A stretch of 64,000 bases of DNA from contig OY759729.1 in assembly GCA_963662585.1 (NCBI GenBank), positions 2,912,001 to 2,976,000 on the forward strand, read 5' to 3'. Shown piece by piece: positions 10,744 through 19,785 of the stretch. Numbering within the stretch: the first letter of the stretch is position 1; every line of letters begins with the position of its first letter. The stretch is from Candidatus Cloacimonadales bacterium (GTDB lineage: Bacteria > Cloacimonadota > Cloacimonadia > Cloacimonadales > JAFGVF01). The position numbers and the translations under genes were made by a program. The notes below the pieces were generated by a model, which was not told the origin of the DNA, ran no database searches, and saw nothing but the letters and a program-made list of their open reading frames with translations.

Positions 10744-10910
10744 ACTCTTCTCCTATTATGAATTTTCTCTAATAAAAAAATAAGCGAGGGATAAGTCAAG
10801 CAAAATTATCTAAAGACCTTATCTAGCTTTGAATAGTAATGAGATGATAAATATAAAATATTTGTTTTTAGTATAATATCAACTATAATTTCATAAAAAA
10901 TTATTAAGGA

Positions 10911-11420
10911 GTGATAATGCGTTTTAAAAGAAATTCAGTAATACTATTGTTTGTTATTGTAATGACCTTAATGTCAGGTTGTTATGGGAACTTTGCTCTA
11001 ACAAGAAAACTCTATAATTGGAATGGTTCAGTTGAGGATAAGTTTGCTCAAAGTGTTGTAGGCTGGGGTTTGGTGATTTTACCTGTATATCAAACTGCCA
11101 TGTTTATTGATGTTGTTGGACTCAACTTAATTGAGTTTTGGGAAGGTGAAAATCCTTTGGCAATGAATATCGGGGATATTGATTCTCAGATAATTACAAC
11201 TGATAAGGGTAGATATGAACTTATAGCTACTCAAAACAGATTTGATTTAGTATCTCTTGAGGGTGAAAGTGTTGGAGACTATATGAGTCTTATTTATAGT
11301 CCTGAAAGGGAAGAATGGAGTCTTGAAAATGATGGTAATAGCCAAGTTGTAGCTAAATTTCACGGTAAAACTGTTGAGATAATCTATCCTTCAGGCAAGA
11401 CAGAATTCTATAATATGTAG
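10911..11420 (+). CDS. DUF3332-like lipoprotein
   Basis: MSGCYGNFALTRKLYNWN...ILPVY...NLIEFW pattern; start could be the ATG at 10917. Confidence 0.75.
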   Translation: MIMRFKRNSVILLFVIVMTLMSGCYGNFALTRKLYNWNGSVEDKFAQSVVGWGLVILPVYQTAMFIDVVGLNLIEFWEGENPLAMNIGDIDSQIITTDKGRYELIATQNRFDLVSLEGESVGDYMSLIYSPEREEWSLENDGNSQVVAKFHGKTVEIIYPSGKTEFYNM

Positions 11421-11448
11421 AATTAGAAATTTAATATAATATAGTAAT

Positions 11449-11476
11449 AAAAAAAGCGGGTTTAGCACCCGCTTTT
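11449..11476. terminator. Bidirectional intrinsic terminator
   Basis: AAAAGCGGGT-TTAGC-ACCCGCTTTT between convergent genes. Confidence 0.8.
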
Positions 11477-11491
11477 ACTTTGGAGATTTTC

Positions 11492-11830
11492 TTAGTGATC
11501 GCAGAGGTTTTTACCAGCTACGAGTTCACCTTTGAGATAAGTATTAACAATATTTTCTAGAGTGTCATTTTCAACACCATAATATACATCAACATTGTTT
11601 TCTTTAAAAAGTTCTTGAGCTTTATTACCCATACCACCAGCGATAACTATGTTTGCACCATTTTCAGCTACAAATCTTGGATACAAACCTGGTACATGTT
11701 CTGGTGGAGTTACCCACTCGATATTAGTGATTTTACCATCTTCAGTGGTTACAAAAGCAAATTCTTCACAATGTCCAAAATGGGCACAGATTTGCTTATT
11801 TTCTGTTGGAAGTGCTACTATTAATTTCAT
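11492..11830 (-). CDS. NifB/NifX-family Fe-Mo cluster-binding-like protein
   Basis: HFGHCEEF, IAGGMG, C-terminal NLCDH. Confidence 0.85.
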   Translation of the reverse strand: MKLIVALPTENKQICAHFGHCEEFAFVTTEDGKITNIEWVTPPEHVPGLYPRFVAENGANIVIAGGMGNKAQELFKENNVDVYYGVENDTLENIVNTYLKGELVAGKNLCDH

Positions 11831-11855
11831 AATTTCTCCTAATTATAAATATATT

Positions 11856-12200
11856 TTAGTTTTTAAAGGCTTCTAATTCATTATTTAAATATTTGCTGAT
11901 AACTTCTTCAGCAGAGATATCTTCTTTACAGATAAACATCTCAATATTACCTGCTTCTAGTACTTGGAAAGCATTTTTACCTGGTCCGTTACCTGTTAGA
12001 ACAACATTAACTCCTGCATCAAATACTTTTTGAGAAGTTTGTGGACCTGCACCGTGTGCTGTTTCTTGAACTTCTTTATTATCTATATGACTATACTCTT
12101 TTGTCTCTGTATCATATACTACAAAATAATCTGCTCTACCAAATCGAGGCTCTAATTTTGAATCTTTTTCGATTCCTACTGTACTTACGGCTATTTTCAT
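11856..12200 (-). CDS. NifB/NifX-family Fe-Mo cluster-binding-like protein
   Basis: RFGRADYF, HGAG, TGNGPG. Confidence 0.85.
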   Translation of the reverse strand: MKIAVSTVGIEKDSKLEPRFGRADYFVVYDTETKEYSHIDNKEVQETAHGAGPQTSQKVFDAGVNVVLTGNGPGKNAFQVLEAGNIEMFICKEDISAEEVISKYLNNELEAFKN

Positions 12201-12216
12201 TTTTCCTTCCTAAGGC

Positions 12217-13098
12217 TTATTTTTTATTTATTATTCTTTCTAGTTGATTCCACACTTCAGCTATTGTCTCTTTGGTGTAGAAGGGATCATATTCATTTAT
12301 TGCCTGACCACTCTTAACTGCATGTATGAAATTCTTGTTATAAGTGAATTCTGTTAAGAGTGAAATTTCATTCTCTAATAAAAATTCTTTAATTTCTGCT
12401 GAAATATTATTGTTTAAATCTGATTTATTGATTATACAGGCAGAAGGGATTTGAAACTTCTTAAGTAGCTCAACTACTCTTTTTAAATCATGCAGAGCTG
12501 ACATCGTAGGCTCTGTGACTAATAAAGCAATATCTGCACCACTTAAAGATGAGATTACAGGACAGCCTATTCCTGGAGAACCATCAACAATAATAAAGTT
12601 CTTCTGCATCTTCTCTGCTTGAAGGCGAGACTCTTTCTTTACTTCTGCTACCAATTTACCTGAGTTCTCTCCACCAGGTAAAAGCTTTGCATGAACCATC
12701 TTTGTGTTTGTTCTTATATCCGAAATATAGAAATCTCCTACTAATCTATCAACCATAGTGATAGCATTGTAAGGGCATATATGATAGCATAAACCACAGC
12801 CTTCACAACTTAAAGGGTCAACTTTCTTATAATTACTTAAAGAAATTATAGCATCAAAACGACATTTCTCCTGACATAATCCACAATTCTTACACAAATC
12901 ACGATTTACAACTGCCTCTTTACCACTAAAGAATTTTCTCTTCTCAAGGGTCTTATTGGAAAAAATAAGGTGCATATCAGCGGCATCAACATCGCAGTCC
13001 GCAACTATACATCTATCTTGAAGATGATAGGCTAAAGCAGCTGTGATTGTTGTTTTACCTGTTCCGCCCTTACCGGAAATAACTACAACTTCTTTCAT
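12217..13098 (-). CDS. MinD/CobQ-like P-loop ATPase with inserted 2x[4Fe-4S] ferredoxin
   Basis: SGKGGTGKT, DCDVDA, CxxCxxCxxxC twice, DGSPGIGCP. Confidence 0.9.
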   Translation of the reverse strand: MKEVVVISGKGGTGKTTITAALAYHLQDRCIVADCDVDAADMHLIFSNKTLEKRKFFSGKEAVVNRDLCKNCGLCQEKCRFDAIISLSNYKKVDPLSCEGCGLCYHICPYNAITMVDRLVGDFYISDIRTNTKMVHAKLLPGGENSGKLVAEVKKESRLQAEKMQKNFIIVDGSPGIGCPVISSLSGADIALLVTEPTMSALHDLKRVVELLKKFQIPSACIINKSDLNNNISAEIKEFLLENEISLLTEFTYNKNFIHAVKSGQAINEYDPFYTKETIAEVWNQLERIINKK

Positions 13099-13958
13099 CT
13101 TTTTCTCCTCATTAAAGTAGTTACTTTTTCTGCAATTTTCTCTATCTCAGCGAGGAAGTCAGCATCACTCTGATATATTAAAGAGCCTTTAGAATATAGT
13201 TCAGCTATAGATTGCTTCTCAGGAATCGCTGCCAGTAATTCTAAATTCTCTTTTGTACAATAATCTCGAATAATATTCTCTTCACCATCATCTTTATTAA
13301 TTATAATAGCAAAATCCTTTTTGAGTAATTTGACTGTTTCAACTGCTATTCTAAGATCATTTAAGCCAAAAGGTGAAGGTTCTGTTACTAAAAAGACAAA
13401 ATCACAATTCTTAACTGTCTCTACTACAGGACATGATGAGCCTGGAGGAGAATCGATAATCCCAATCTCAGCAGGAATATTCTCTGCTATAAAATCAAAA
13501 CTTTGCTTAATTAAAGGAACAGCCTGCTCCTGACCAATATCTAATCTAGCTTCTAAAAAAGTTAAGTTCTTATCATTAATTTGAGTAAAAAGTCCTAACT
13601 TCTGAGGCTTCATCTCAATAGCCTGAACTGGACAAAGCTCTATACAACTATAACAACTGTGACATAATTCATTGAAAAATAATACTCTTTTTCCTAACAT
13701 TGTTATAGCATTGAAGGCACAAACTTCTTTGCACTTGCCACAAGCAATACATTTATCTTCAATCAGAGTCGGAACTTCTTTATATACTTTTTTTTCTTGC
13801 CATAATTGGCCTTGCATAAAAATATGTGAATCTGGCTCTTCTACATCCATATCTGCTAATAAAACAGCTTGGGTTTGAGCTAAATAGTGAGATAGATTTG
13901 TGGAAACAGTCGTTTTACCTGTTCCACCTTTTCCACTTGCTACTGCGATTTTATACAT
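13095..13958 (-). CDS. MinD/CobQ-like P-loop ATPase with inserted 2x[4Fe-4S] ferredoxin
   Basis: SGKGGTGKT, DMDVEEP, CxxCxxCxxxC twice, DSPPGSSCP. Confidence 0.9.
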   Translation of the reverse strand: MYKIAVASGKGGTGKTTVSTNLSHYLAQTQAVLLADMDVEEPDSHIFMQGQLWQEKKVYKEVPTLIEDKCIACGKCKEVCAFNAITMLGKRVLFFNELCHSCYSCIELCPVQAIEMKPQKLGLFTQINDKNLTFLEARLDIGQEQAVPLIKQSFDFIAENIPAEIGIIDSPPGSSCPVVETVKNCDFVFLVTEPSPFGLNDLRIAVETVKLLKKDFAIIINKDDGEENIIRDYCTKENLELLAAIPEKQSIAELYSKGSLIYQSDADFLAEIEKIAEKVTTLMRRKR

Positions 13959-13996
13959 AATTAATACCTCGATTGCGGGTTTTAAGTTTAAGTATT

Positions 13997-14305
13997 TTAC
14001 TTATTATCTAACTCTTCTAATCTCTTTTTATAAGAGCCTAGTTTGTCAGATAGATAATTAACTATATTCTCTAAATAGGATTTGTTATTTAAGGCCTGAC
14101 CGTCTTCATAATTATCAAATCCATATCTACGGCGGTTACCATATCCCATACCGCCGTTTCTTCTTCCCATTCCACATCCTCTACCGTTACCTCTACCACG
14201 ATAACCAAAATCATCTGCAAATTCACGATCAGATGTGCAATTTCCCATTCCTCTTCCAGTCATTTGTCCTCTTCCATTAGGACCGCTTCCATCTCTATTT
14301 GGCAT
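13997..14305 (-). CDS. DUF5320-like Gly/Arg-rich protein
   Basis: MPNRDGSGPNGRGQMTGRGMGNC; start reassigned to the ATG at 14305 (GGAGG RBS, overlaps the upstream stop). Confidence 0.8.
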   Translation of the reverse strand: MPNRDGSGPNGRGQMTGRGMGNCTSDREFADDFGYRGRGNGRGCGMGRRNGGMGYGNRRRYGFDNYEDGQALNNKSYLENIVNYLSDKLGSYKKRLEELDNK

Positions 14306-14760
14306 TATTCCTCCGTTTTTCTCCCTCTTCTGCGACAACATCTTCCATGACCAAATCTTCCTGCGAAGTCTAGTAGGTTGGTTGAAGAACATGAGGGACA
14401 TTTTTTTACATCAATTTCTATATCTATTTTGAACTTATGCCCACAATCAAGGCATTCGTAAAAATTCTCTCTAAAATGAATATTTCCACCTTCAATAGTT
14501 AACTCTTTACCATTTATTAAAAAGTCTGCTATCTTCTGTTGAGCACTATCTAATAGTCTAGTAAAGGTCGGACGGGATACTCCCATCTCTTCAGAAGCTT
14601 CTTGCTGGCCCAACTTATCAAAGTTAGCTAATTTGATTGCTTCAATTTCATCCAAACTTAGTACTATTTTTTCTAAATCTGCTCTTCTTACTCCCACTGG
14701 TTTAAAACTGTTAAAGCGGGGAGGACAAGCTACCATTCTTTTTATTTTAGGTCTCGGCAT
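14305..14760 (-). CDS. DUF134 (UPF0251) DNA-binding protein with C-terminal Zn ribbon
   Basis: MPRPKIKR, DEIEAIKL, MGVSRPTFTRLL HTH, CxxC...CxxC. Confidence 0.88.
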   Translation of the reverse strand: MPRPKIKRMVACPPRFNSFKPVGVRRADLEKIVLSLDEIEAIKLANFDKLGQQEASEEMGVSRPTFTRLLDSAQQKIADFLINGKELTIEGGNIHFRENFYECLDCGHKFKIDIEIDVKKCPSCSSTNLLDFAGRFGHGRCCRRRGRKTEE

Positions 14761-14788
14761 AGTATCTCCTATTCGTTATGAAACAATA

Positions 14789-14813
14789 ATGAACAATGGT
14801 TCATAACTGTCAA
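14789..14813 (-). promoter_or_regulatory. -35 box and adjacent palindromic operator of the DUF134 operon
   Basis: Minus-strand TTGACA at 14813-14808; ATGAAC-AATG-GTTCAT palindrome at 14789-14804. Confidence 0.55.
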
Positions 14814-15299
14814 GTACTATTTTAACCTTTTTTCTTTTTTTTAACTCTATTGCTTTATTGGAGCTTTATTGGGCTTCTATTTGTTCAGTATTGGACTAAG
14901 ATAATAGAGGCTTATCGTTGGCTAAGTGAACAGCAATGATTACTAGATTTTAAAGGAAGATAGCTAGGGTATGGGAAGAGTTATTGGTTATGATCCAGTA
15001 TTTAAAGACATTTAGTTATAATCAAGATTCAATTTTCACTGGTAAGAGTTCATCTAAAGCGAAAAACTGGAAAGTTGTTAAAAAGACTGCTAGACTCTTT
15101 CCCTAATTATGATAAAAATACCAAGAGTATAATTTTACATAAATATATATTGACAATTTTGTATCAGAGAAATAAATGGTGCTTGTAGATTGATTATAAA
15201 CAAAAAAAACATTATTTTATTAACATTCAGAGAGGTTTGTTTTATAGATAAACTCCTGAAAAACAACACAATACCATTATAATATGGAGATTACAGAAA

Positions 15300-17051
15300 A
15301 TGTCCAAAAAAAAATTAAATATAAAACAGAACTTTAAATTATTAAAGCCTTATCTTTGGAAGGAGAAAAAACTTTTAGGATTAGGTTTGATATTAATGAT
15401 TTTTGTTTCGCTCGCTCATCTAGTAGATCCATTGATATTGGCTCATATTGTAGATGTAAGTGTACCAAACAGAGATTTAAACGATATGTATCGTTATGCC
15501 TTCTTCTTTATAGGCTTAATTATCATCTCAGGAATAGCTTCTTATACACAGATAATTATCCTTTCGAAGTTAGGATTAAAAGTGATTACCGATATCAAAA
15601 TGAAGCTTTTTTCTCATTTGATGAAGATCTCAGTCTCTTTCTTTGATAACAGGCCAGTGGGTGATTTTATAACTAAAGTAGAGAATGATAGTGAGAAAGT
15701 GAGATTTCTTTTTTCGGAGCTCTCTATTAGAATTATTGGTAACTTACTCTTCTTCCTTGGTGTGATAGCTGTTATAACCTATAAGAGTCCTGATGTCTCT
15801 GTCTGGATACTTCTAGCAATTACAGCCATAGCGATAGCTTACAACTATTTCATGCGTTTTATGGGAAAGATTTTTCAAAAAGTAAGGGAGAAGTATTCTG
15901 AAGTTACAGCTAATATCAATGAATATGTGCAAGGAATGCATGTTATTCAGACTTTTCATAAAGAAGATGAAGCAATAAAAATCATAGAGAAAACATCTAA
16001 AGACAAGAAAGAAATCGAAACTAGGGCCTCATTCTTAGAATATTCAATAGAAGGCTTTTTATTGTTTTTGATTGAGTATTTCTTATTCATCTTAATAGTT
16101 GTATTGATTGTTCCTCAGATTTTTGCTGGAACAAAATCAATTGGTACCTTGATAATCTTTTCCCAATATATCAACAGGATAATATGGCCACTTATTCAGC
16201 TCTTAGAGAATGTGATGCAGATTCAGAAGTCTATGGTTTCACTTACTAGGATAAGAGAGCTGAGTGAACTTCCTGTTGAAGACTATTATCATAATGAACT
16301 TAGTATAGATAGTTTCGAGAAAGAGATAGAATTTAAGAATGTCTGGTTTGCTTATGAAGCTGAAAATTGGATTTTAAAAGATGTCAGTTTCAAGGTTAGA
16401 AAGGGCGAGAAAGTAGCTTTGGTTGGTCCTTCTGGCTCAGGTAAAACTACTACTATAAGTCTAATTTGCGGATTCTATAAATACCAAAAAGGTGAAATTA
16501 TTATAGATGGAAAGCCTCTTAATAAACTCAATATTAAGAAGTGGAGAAAGAAAGTGGGATTAATCTTACAAGATGTTCTGCTTTTCCCTGGTAATGTGAT
16601 AGAGAATGTCAGAATTTATGATGATTCAATTTCACCTGAAAAAGTAATGGAGTCTATCAAAATGGTTCATGCTGAAAAGTTCTTTGAAATGGGCTCCTTA
16701 CAGAATATTATTGCTGAAAGAGGACAGAACATATCTCAAGGCGAAAAGCAGTTGTTGAGTTTTGCTCGTGCTCTTACTTTCAATCCAGAAATAGTTATAA
16801 TGGATGAGGCTACTTCTTCGATTGATACTGTGACAGAGAGAAAGATACAAGAATCGATGTTGCAGGTATTAGCTGGTAAAACAGCCATGATAGTTGCTCA
16901 CAGACTTTCTTCAATTATTGATGCTGATAATATCATATACTTTAAAGATGGTCAAATCAAGAATCAAGGAACTCATGTTGAATTGATGGAGTCTAGTGAT
17001 GATTATAGAAATTTAGTTAACCTTCAATATATGGGAGGTCATAATGAATAA
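15300..17051 (+). CDS. ABC exporter, fused permease/ATPase
   Basis: TM domain; GPSGSGKT, ISQGEKQ, IMDEATS. Confidence 0.95.
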   Translation: MSKKKLNIKQNFKLLKPYLWKEKKLLGLGLILMIFVSLAHLVDPLILAHIVDVSVPNRDLNDMYRYAFFFIGLIIISGIASYTQIIILSKLGLKVITDIKMKLFSHLMKISVSFFDNRPVGDFITKVENDSEKVRFLFSELSIRIIGNLLFFLGVIAVITYKSPDVSVWILLAITAIAIAYNYFMRFMGKIFQKVREKYSEVTANINEYVQGMHVIQTFHKEDEAIKIIEKTSKDKKEIETRASFLEYSIEGFLLFLIEYFLFILIVVLIVPQIFAGTKSIGTLIIFSQYINRIIWPLIQLLENVMQIQKSMVSLTRIRELSELPVEDYYHNELSIDSFEKEIEFKNVWFAYEAENWILKDVSFKVRKGEKVALVGPSGSGKTTTISLICGFYKYQKGEIIIDGKPLNKLNIKKWRKKVGLILQDVLLFPGNVIENVRIYDDSISPEKVMESIKMVHAEKFFEMGSLQNIIAERGQNISQGEKQLLSFARALTFNPEIVIMDEATSSIDTVTERKIQESMLQVLAGKTAMIVAHRLSSIIDADNIIYFKDGQIKNQGTHVELMESSDDYRNLVNLQYMGGHNE

Positions 17052-18804
17052 ACATATTAAATGGGTAATTAATGAGTGGAAAAAGTATAAAGGTTTAGTA
17101 GTGATAATGATTGCACTTACTATTCTAACTTCTTTTATCTCTTCAGTTTATCCATATTTATTTAAAGTATTAATAGATAAAATAGATTTTCTGCAAAAGA
17201 ATAAGGCAGATTATGCAGACCCAATGAAAGAGATTTATCGTTTTGTCTGGGTAATTCTTGGAGTAGGGGCTGTTCGTTTAATAACTTCAATCTATCCTGC
17301 TGTAAGAGCTTGGATTAATATGAAGTTTGAACACTCCCTGAGAATGAGATATTTTACTGATATCACTGAGAAAGACTATAAGTTCTTTAATAAATTCAGA
17401 ACAGGTGACTTGGTTACAAGATTAACCAATGACTTAACTGATTTTCCTAAGATTGCTTGGTTTCTCTGTTCAGGAATATTCAGGGCTTTCAACTCCTTGG
17501 TGAATATTATTTTCATAATGTTTATGATGTTCTTCTTGAATTGGAAGCTTACACTTTTTTCGCTAATTCCTCTACCAGTGATGATTGTTGTTTTCTATCT
17601 AGTAAGCACTTCTTTAGAGAGGAAATATACTAAGAATCAACAAGCAATTAGCTCAATAAATTCTCAGTTGGAATTAAGCTTCAGTGGAATTAAGATTATT
17701 AAAGCCTTCCAGTGTGAAGATAAGTATAACCGCTTCTTTGAGATTGCTTTAGAAGAAAGATATAATACTGAATACTCTTTGATAAAACTTCAGGCAGGAT
17801 TAAATCTCATCTATGAATATATTGGCTATTTTGGGCAGATTGTTATTCTCTTTTTCGGTGGCTATATGGCAGTGAAGGGAGAAATTACAGTTGGTACATT
17901 CTTAGCCTTTTATACTTACTTAATGATGATGATCTACCCAATGCTAGATCTTCCACAACTCTTCATCTCAGGAAAACAAGCCTTTGTGAATATTGATAGA
18001 TTGGAAGAAATTAAGAACTTCCCTAATGAAAACACTAGGTTTACCAATGAAGTAGCTGTAGATAAGTTTGACTCATTCCAATTCGATAATATTTCCTTTG
18101 GATATGATAAAGAAACTCTTTTTGAATCCCTTAATTTATCTATTGATTCTCAGAAGAAGACACTCCTAATGGGCGAGGTTGGTTGTGGAAAATCAACTCT
18201 TATTTCTCTACTAACAGGACTAATCAAGCCTGATTCAGGAGTCCTTCTCATTAATGATGTTAATGTTGATAAATTAAAAAGAGATGACTTCCTCAATAAT
18301 ATCGGCTATGTACCTCAAGACCCACTTCTCTTTAGCGGAACTATCTTCAGTAATGTAACTTTCGCTGTAGATGAAGTAGATCAGGAGCTATATCGCAAGG
18401 TATTGGAGACTTCTCAACTTGAGCAAGAAATTGCTAATTTTGAAAAGAAAGATCAAACAACCATTGGTGAAAAAGGAACTGCTGTTTCAGGTGGTCAAAA
18501 GCAAAGGATAGCTATTGCTAGAGCTCTGATGAGACAACCAAAGTTCTTAATCTTAGATGATATAACCTCTAGTTTAGATGCCGAAAATGAAAGAAAACTC
18601 TGGGTTAGTATGAAGAAATACTTCCCGGAAACAGGTGCCTTAATGGTGTCCCATAGAATATCTACTGTCGCCTATGCTGATGAAATTATCTTTATTAATA
18701 AAGAGCATAAGTGCTTTAAAGGGACTCACCTTGAACTTCATAAAAATAATATCGAATATAGAGAGTTTATCCAAACTCAAATGACTAGTAGCAAAAAGGG
18801 TTAA
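17044..18804 (+). CDS. ABC exporter, fused permease/ATPase (heterodimer partner)
   Basis: TM domain; GEVGCGKS, VSGGQKQR, ILDDITS. Confidence 0.95.
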   Translation: MNKHIKWVINEWKKYKGLVVIMIALTILTSFISSVYPYLFKVLIDKIDFLQKNKADYADPMKEIYRFVWVILGVGAVRLITSIYPAVRAWINMKFEHSLRMRYFTDITEKDYKFFNKFRTGDLVTRLTNDLTDFPKIAWFLCSGIFRAFNSLVNIIFIMFMMFFLNWKLTLFSLIPLPVMIVVFYLVSTSLERKYTKNQQAISSINSQLELSFSGIKIIKAFQCEDKYNRFFEIALEERYNTEYSLIKLQAGLNLIYEYIGYFGQIVILFFGGYMAVKGEITVGTFLAFYTYLMMMIYPMLDLPQLFISGKQAFVNIDRLEEIKNFPNENTRFTNEVAVDKFDSFQFDNISFGYDKETLFESLNLSIDSQKKTLLMGEVGCGKSTLISLLTGLIKPDSGVLLINDVNVDKLKRDDFLNNIGYVPQDPLLFSGTIFSNVTFAVDEVDQELYRKVLETSQLEQEIANFEKKDQTTIGEKGTAVSGGQKQRIAIARALMRQPKFLILDDITSSLDAENERKLWVSMKKYFPETGALMVSHRISTVAYADEIIFINKEHKCFKGTHLELHKNNIEYREFIQTQMTSSKKG

Positions 18805-18892
18805 CACAAAACTCTAATTCATAAAACACACAAAGTAATGCACTCCGACACAAGTTTTCTCCTTGTTTAAATGTTGGAGTGCATTTTTTATG
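18793..18892 (+). repeat. 100-bp direct repeat, left copy (attL-like); includes the ABC gene stop and a terminator hairpin
   Basis: Base-for-base identical to 62471-62570 by manual comparison. Confidence 0.95.
18837..18889 (+). terminator. Long-stem intrinsic terminator
   Basis: AATGCACTCCGACA...TGTTGGAGTGCATT stem followed by a T run, downstream of the ABC operon. Confidence 0.65.
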
Positions 18893-19690
18893 TTTTTAAA
18901 ATATCCTAGAAAGGGTACTTAAGAGACTCCTATATTCTTTGCATTCGCAAGAGAGTTGAACCACTATTGGTGTTTTTCTGAAGCAATATTTAGTAACGAA
19001 TTCTTATTAGTTATAATAAATCTGGGATTATTATCGCTTCGCAATGAGGCTGATAAAATGTCCACCGTCCGATAAAAGATGCTTAAATCTCTGTTATTTT
19101 ATCTGTGTGGGCTAGCTTTATGCGAATACTCCTATGTTATTGACTTTCTCTTTGGTAATTTAATTCTTCTTCAGGTTCTCTCTCCTTAGTCCTTAAGAGG
19201 CATCTCAATAATTTTTTGATTGTTATTTTGGATGACTTTTAAGGGCTAATTGAGGAGTGGCAAGAGAAGGTAAATAGTTCTAGCAAAAAAAGGCTCAAGT
19301 TCAAGTCAGGTAGAAGTAAATTGTCTCTTATAGGGTTCAACAAGACCCTAAAAAAACATATGGTTCTCTCTCAAGTAGAGTGGGAACTAAATCTAATAGT
19401 ATATCAAGAAACATCAAAATCTTCTTAGCTGCCTCTGCAGCTAGTAGAATGGTGCATTTTTCATAGCCTGTATTTGATGTGAACCTAGTATTCTTTAAAG
19501 ACACCTCTATAACTTTTTTTTCTAAAATGCACTCTACTCTGGAGAGAGCCAAACATATTTCATAAACAGTTACTCTAAATCTGTATATTCATGATATATG
19601 GTGTCTTAACTATATGTATAAATGTCATTTTATCAATTAAATTGCATTTAAATAAAAAAATAATCCATATATAGTAAGATAAAAAAAGAA

Positions 19691-19719
19691 TTGACAGTTA
19701 ATTTTAAAATAGTAATAAT
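19691..19719 (+). promoter_or_regulatory. sigma70-type promoter for the + strand island block
   Basis: TTGACA-N17-AATAAT, ~65 nt before the ATG at 19786. Confidence 0.6.
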
Positions 19720-19785
19720 TGAATTAGTATAGATAATTGGTTGAAAAAAGTCTATATCAAATTGAAAAAATGCAAAGGAGCTGAG

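Noticed and set aside
13997..14401. Longest-ORF starts in the track (14401, 19741, 22367, 38543, 41968, 57360)
   Set aside because: Downstream ATGs have better RBS, signal peptides or family N-termini and avoid long overlaps; starts were reassigned.
11492..14760. Nitrogen fixation cluster
   Set aside because: NifB/NifX-like and MinD-ferredoxin genes with DUF134/DUF5320 form a common operon in anaerobes; no nifHDK here.
14830..15120. Possible decayed gene in the divergent intergenic region
   Set aside because: Multiple stops in the frames I read and no recognisable motif.
18979..19048. GAAGCAAT...GGGATTATTATCGCTTCGCAATGA, reminiscent of a widespread palindromic repeat family
   Set aside because: Too degenerate and single-copy in the window to support.
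19337..19552. 71-aa minus-strand ORF near the left island end (possible integrase remnant)
   Set aside because: TTG start, no clear RBS, no recombinase motifs.
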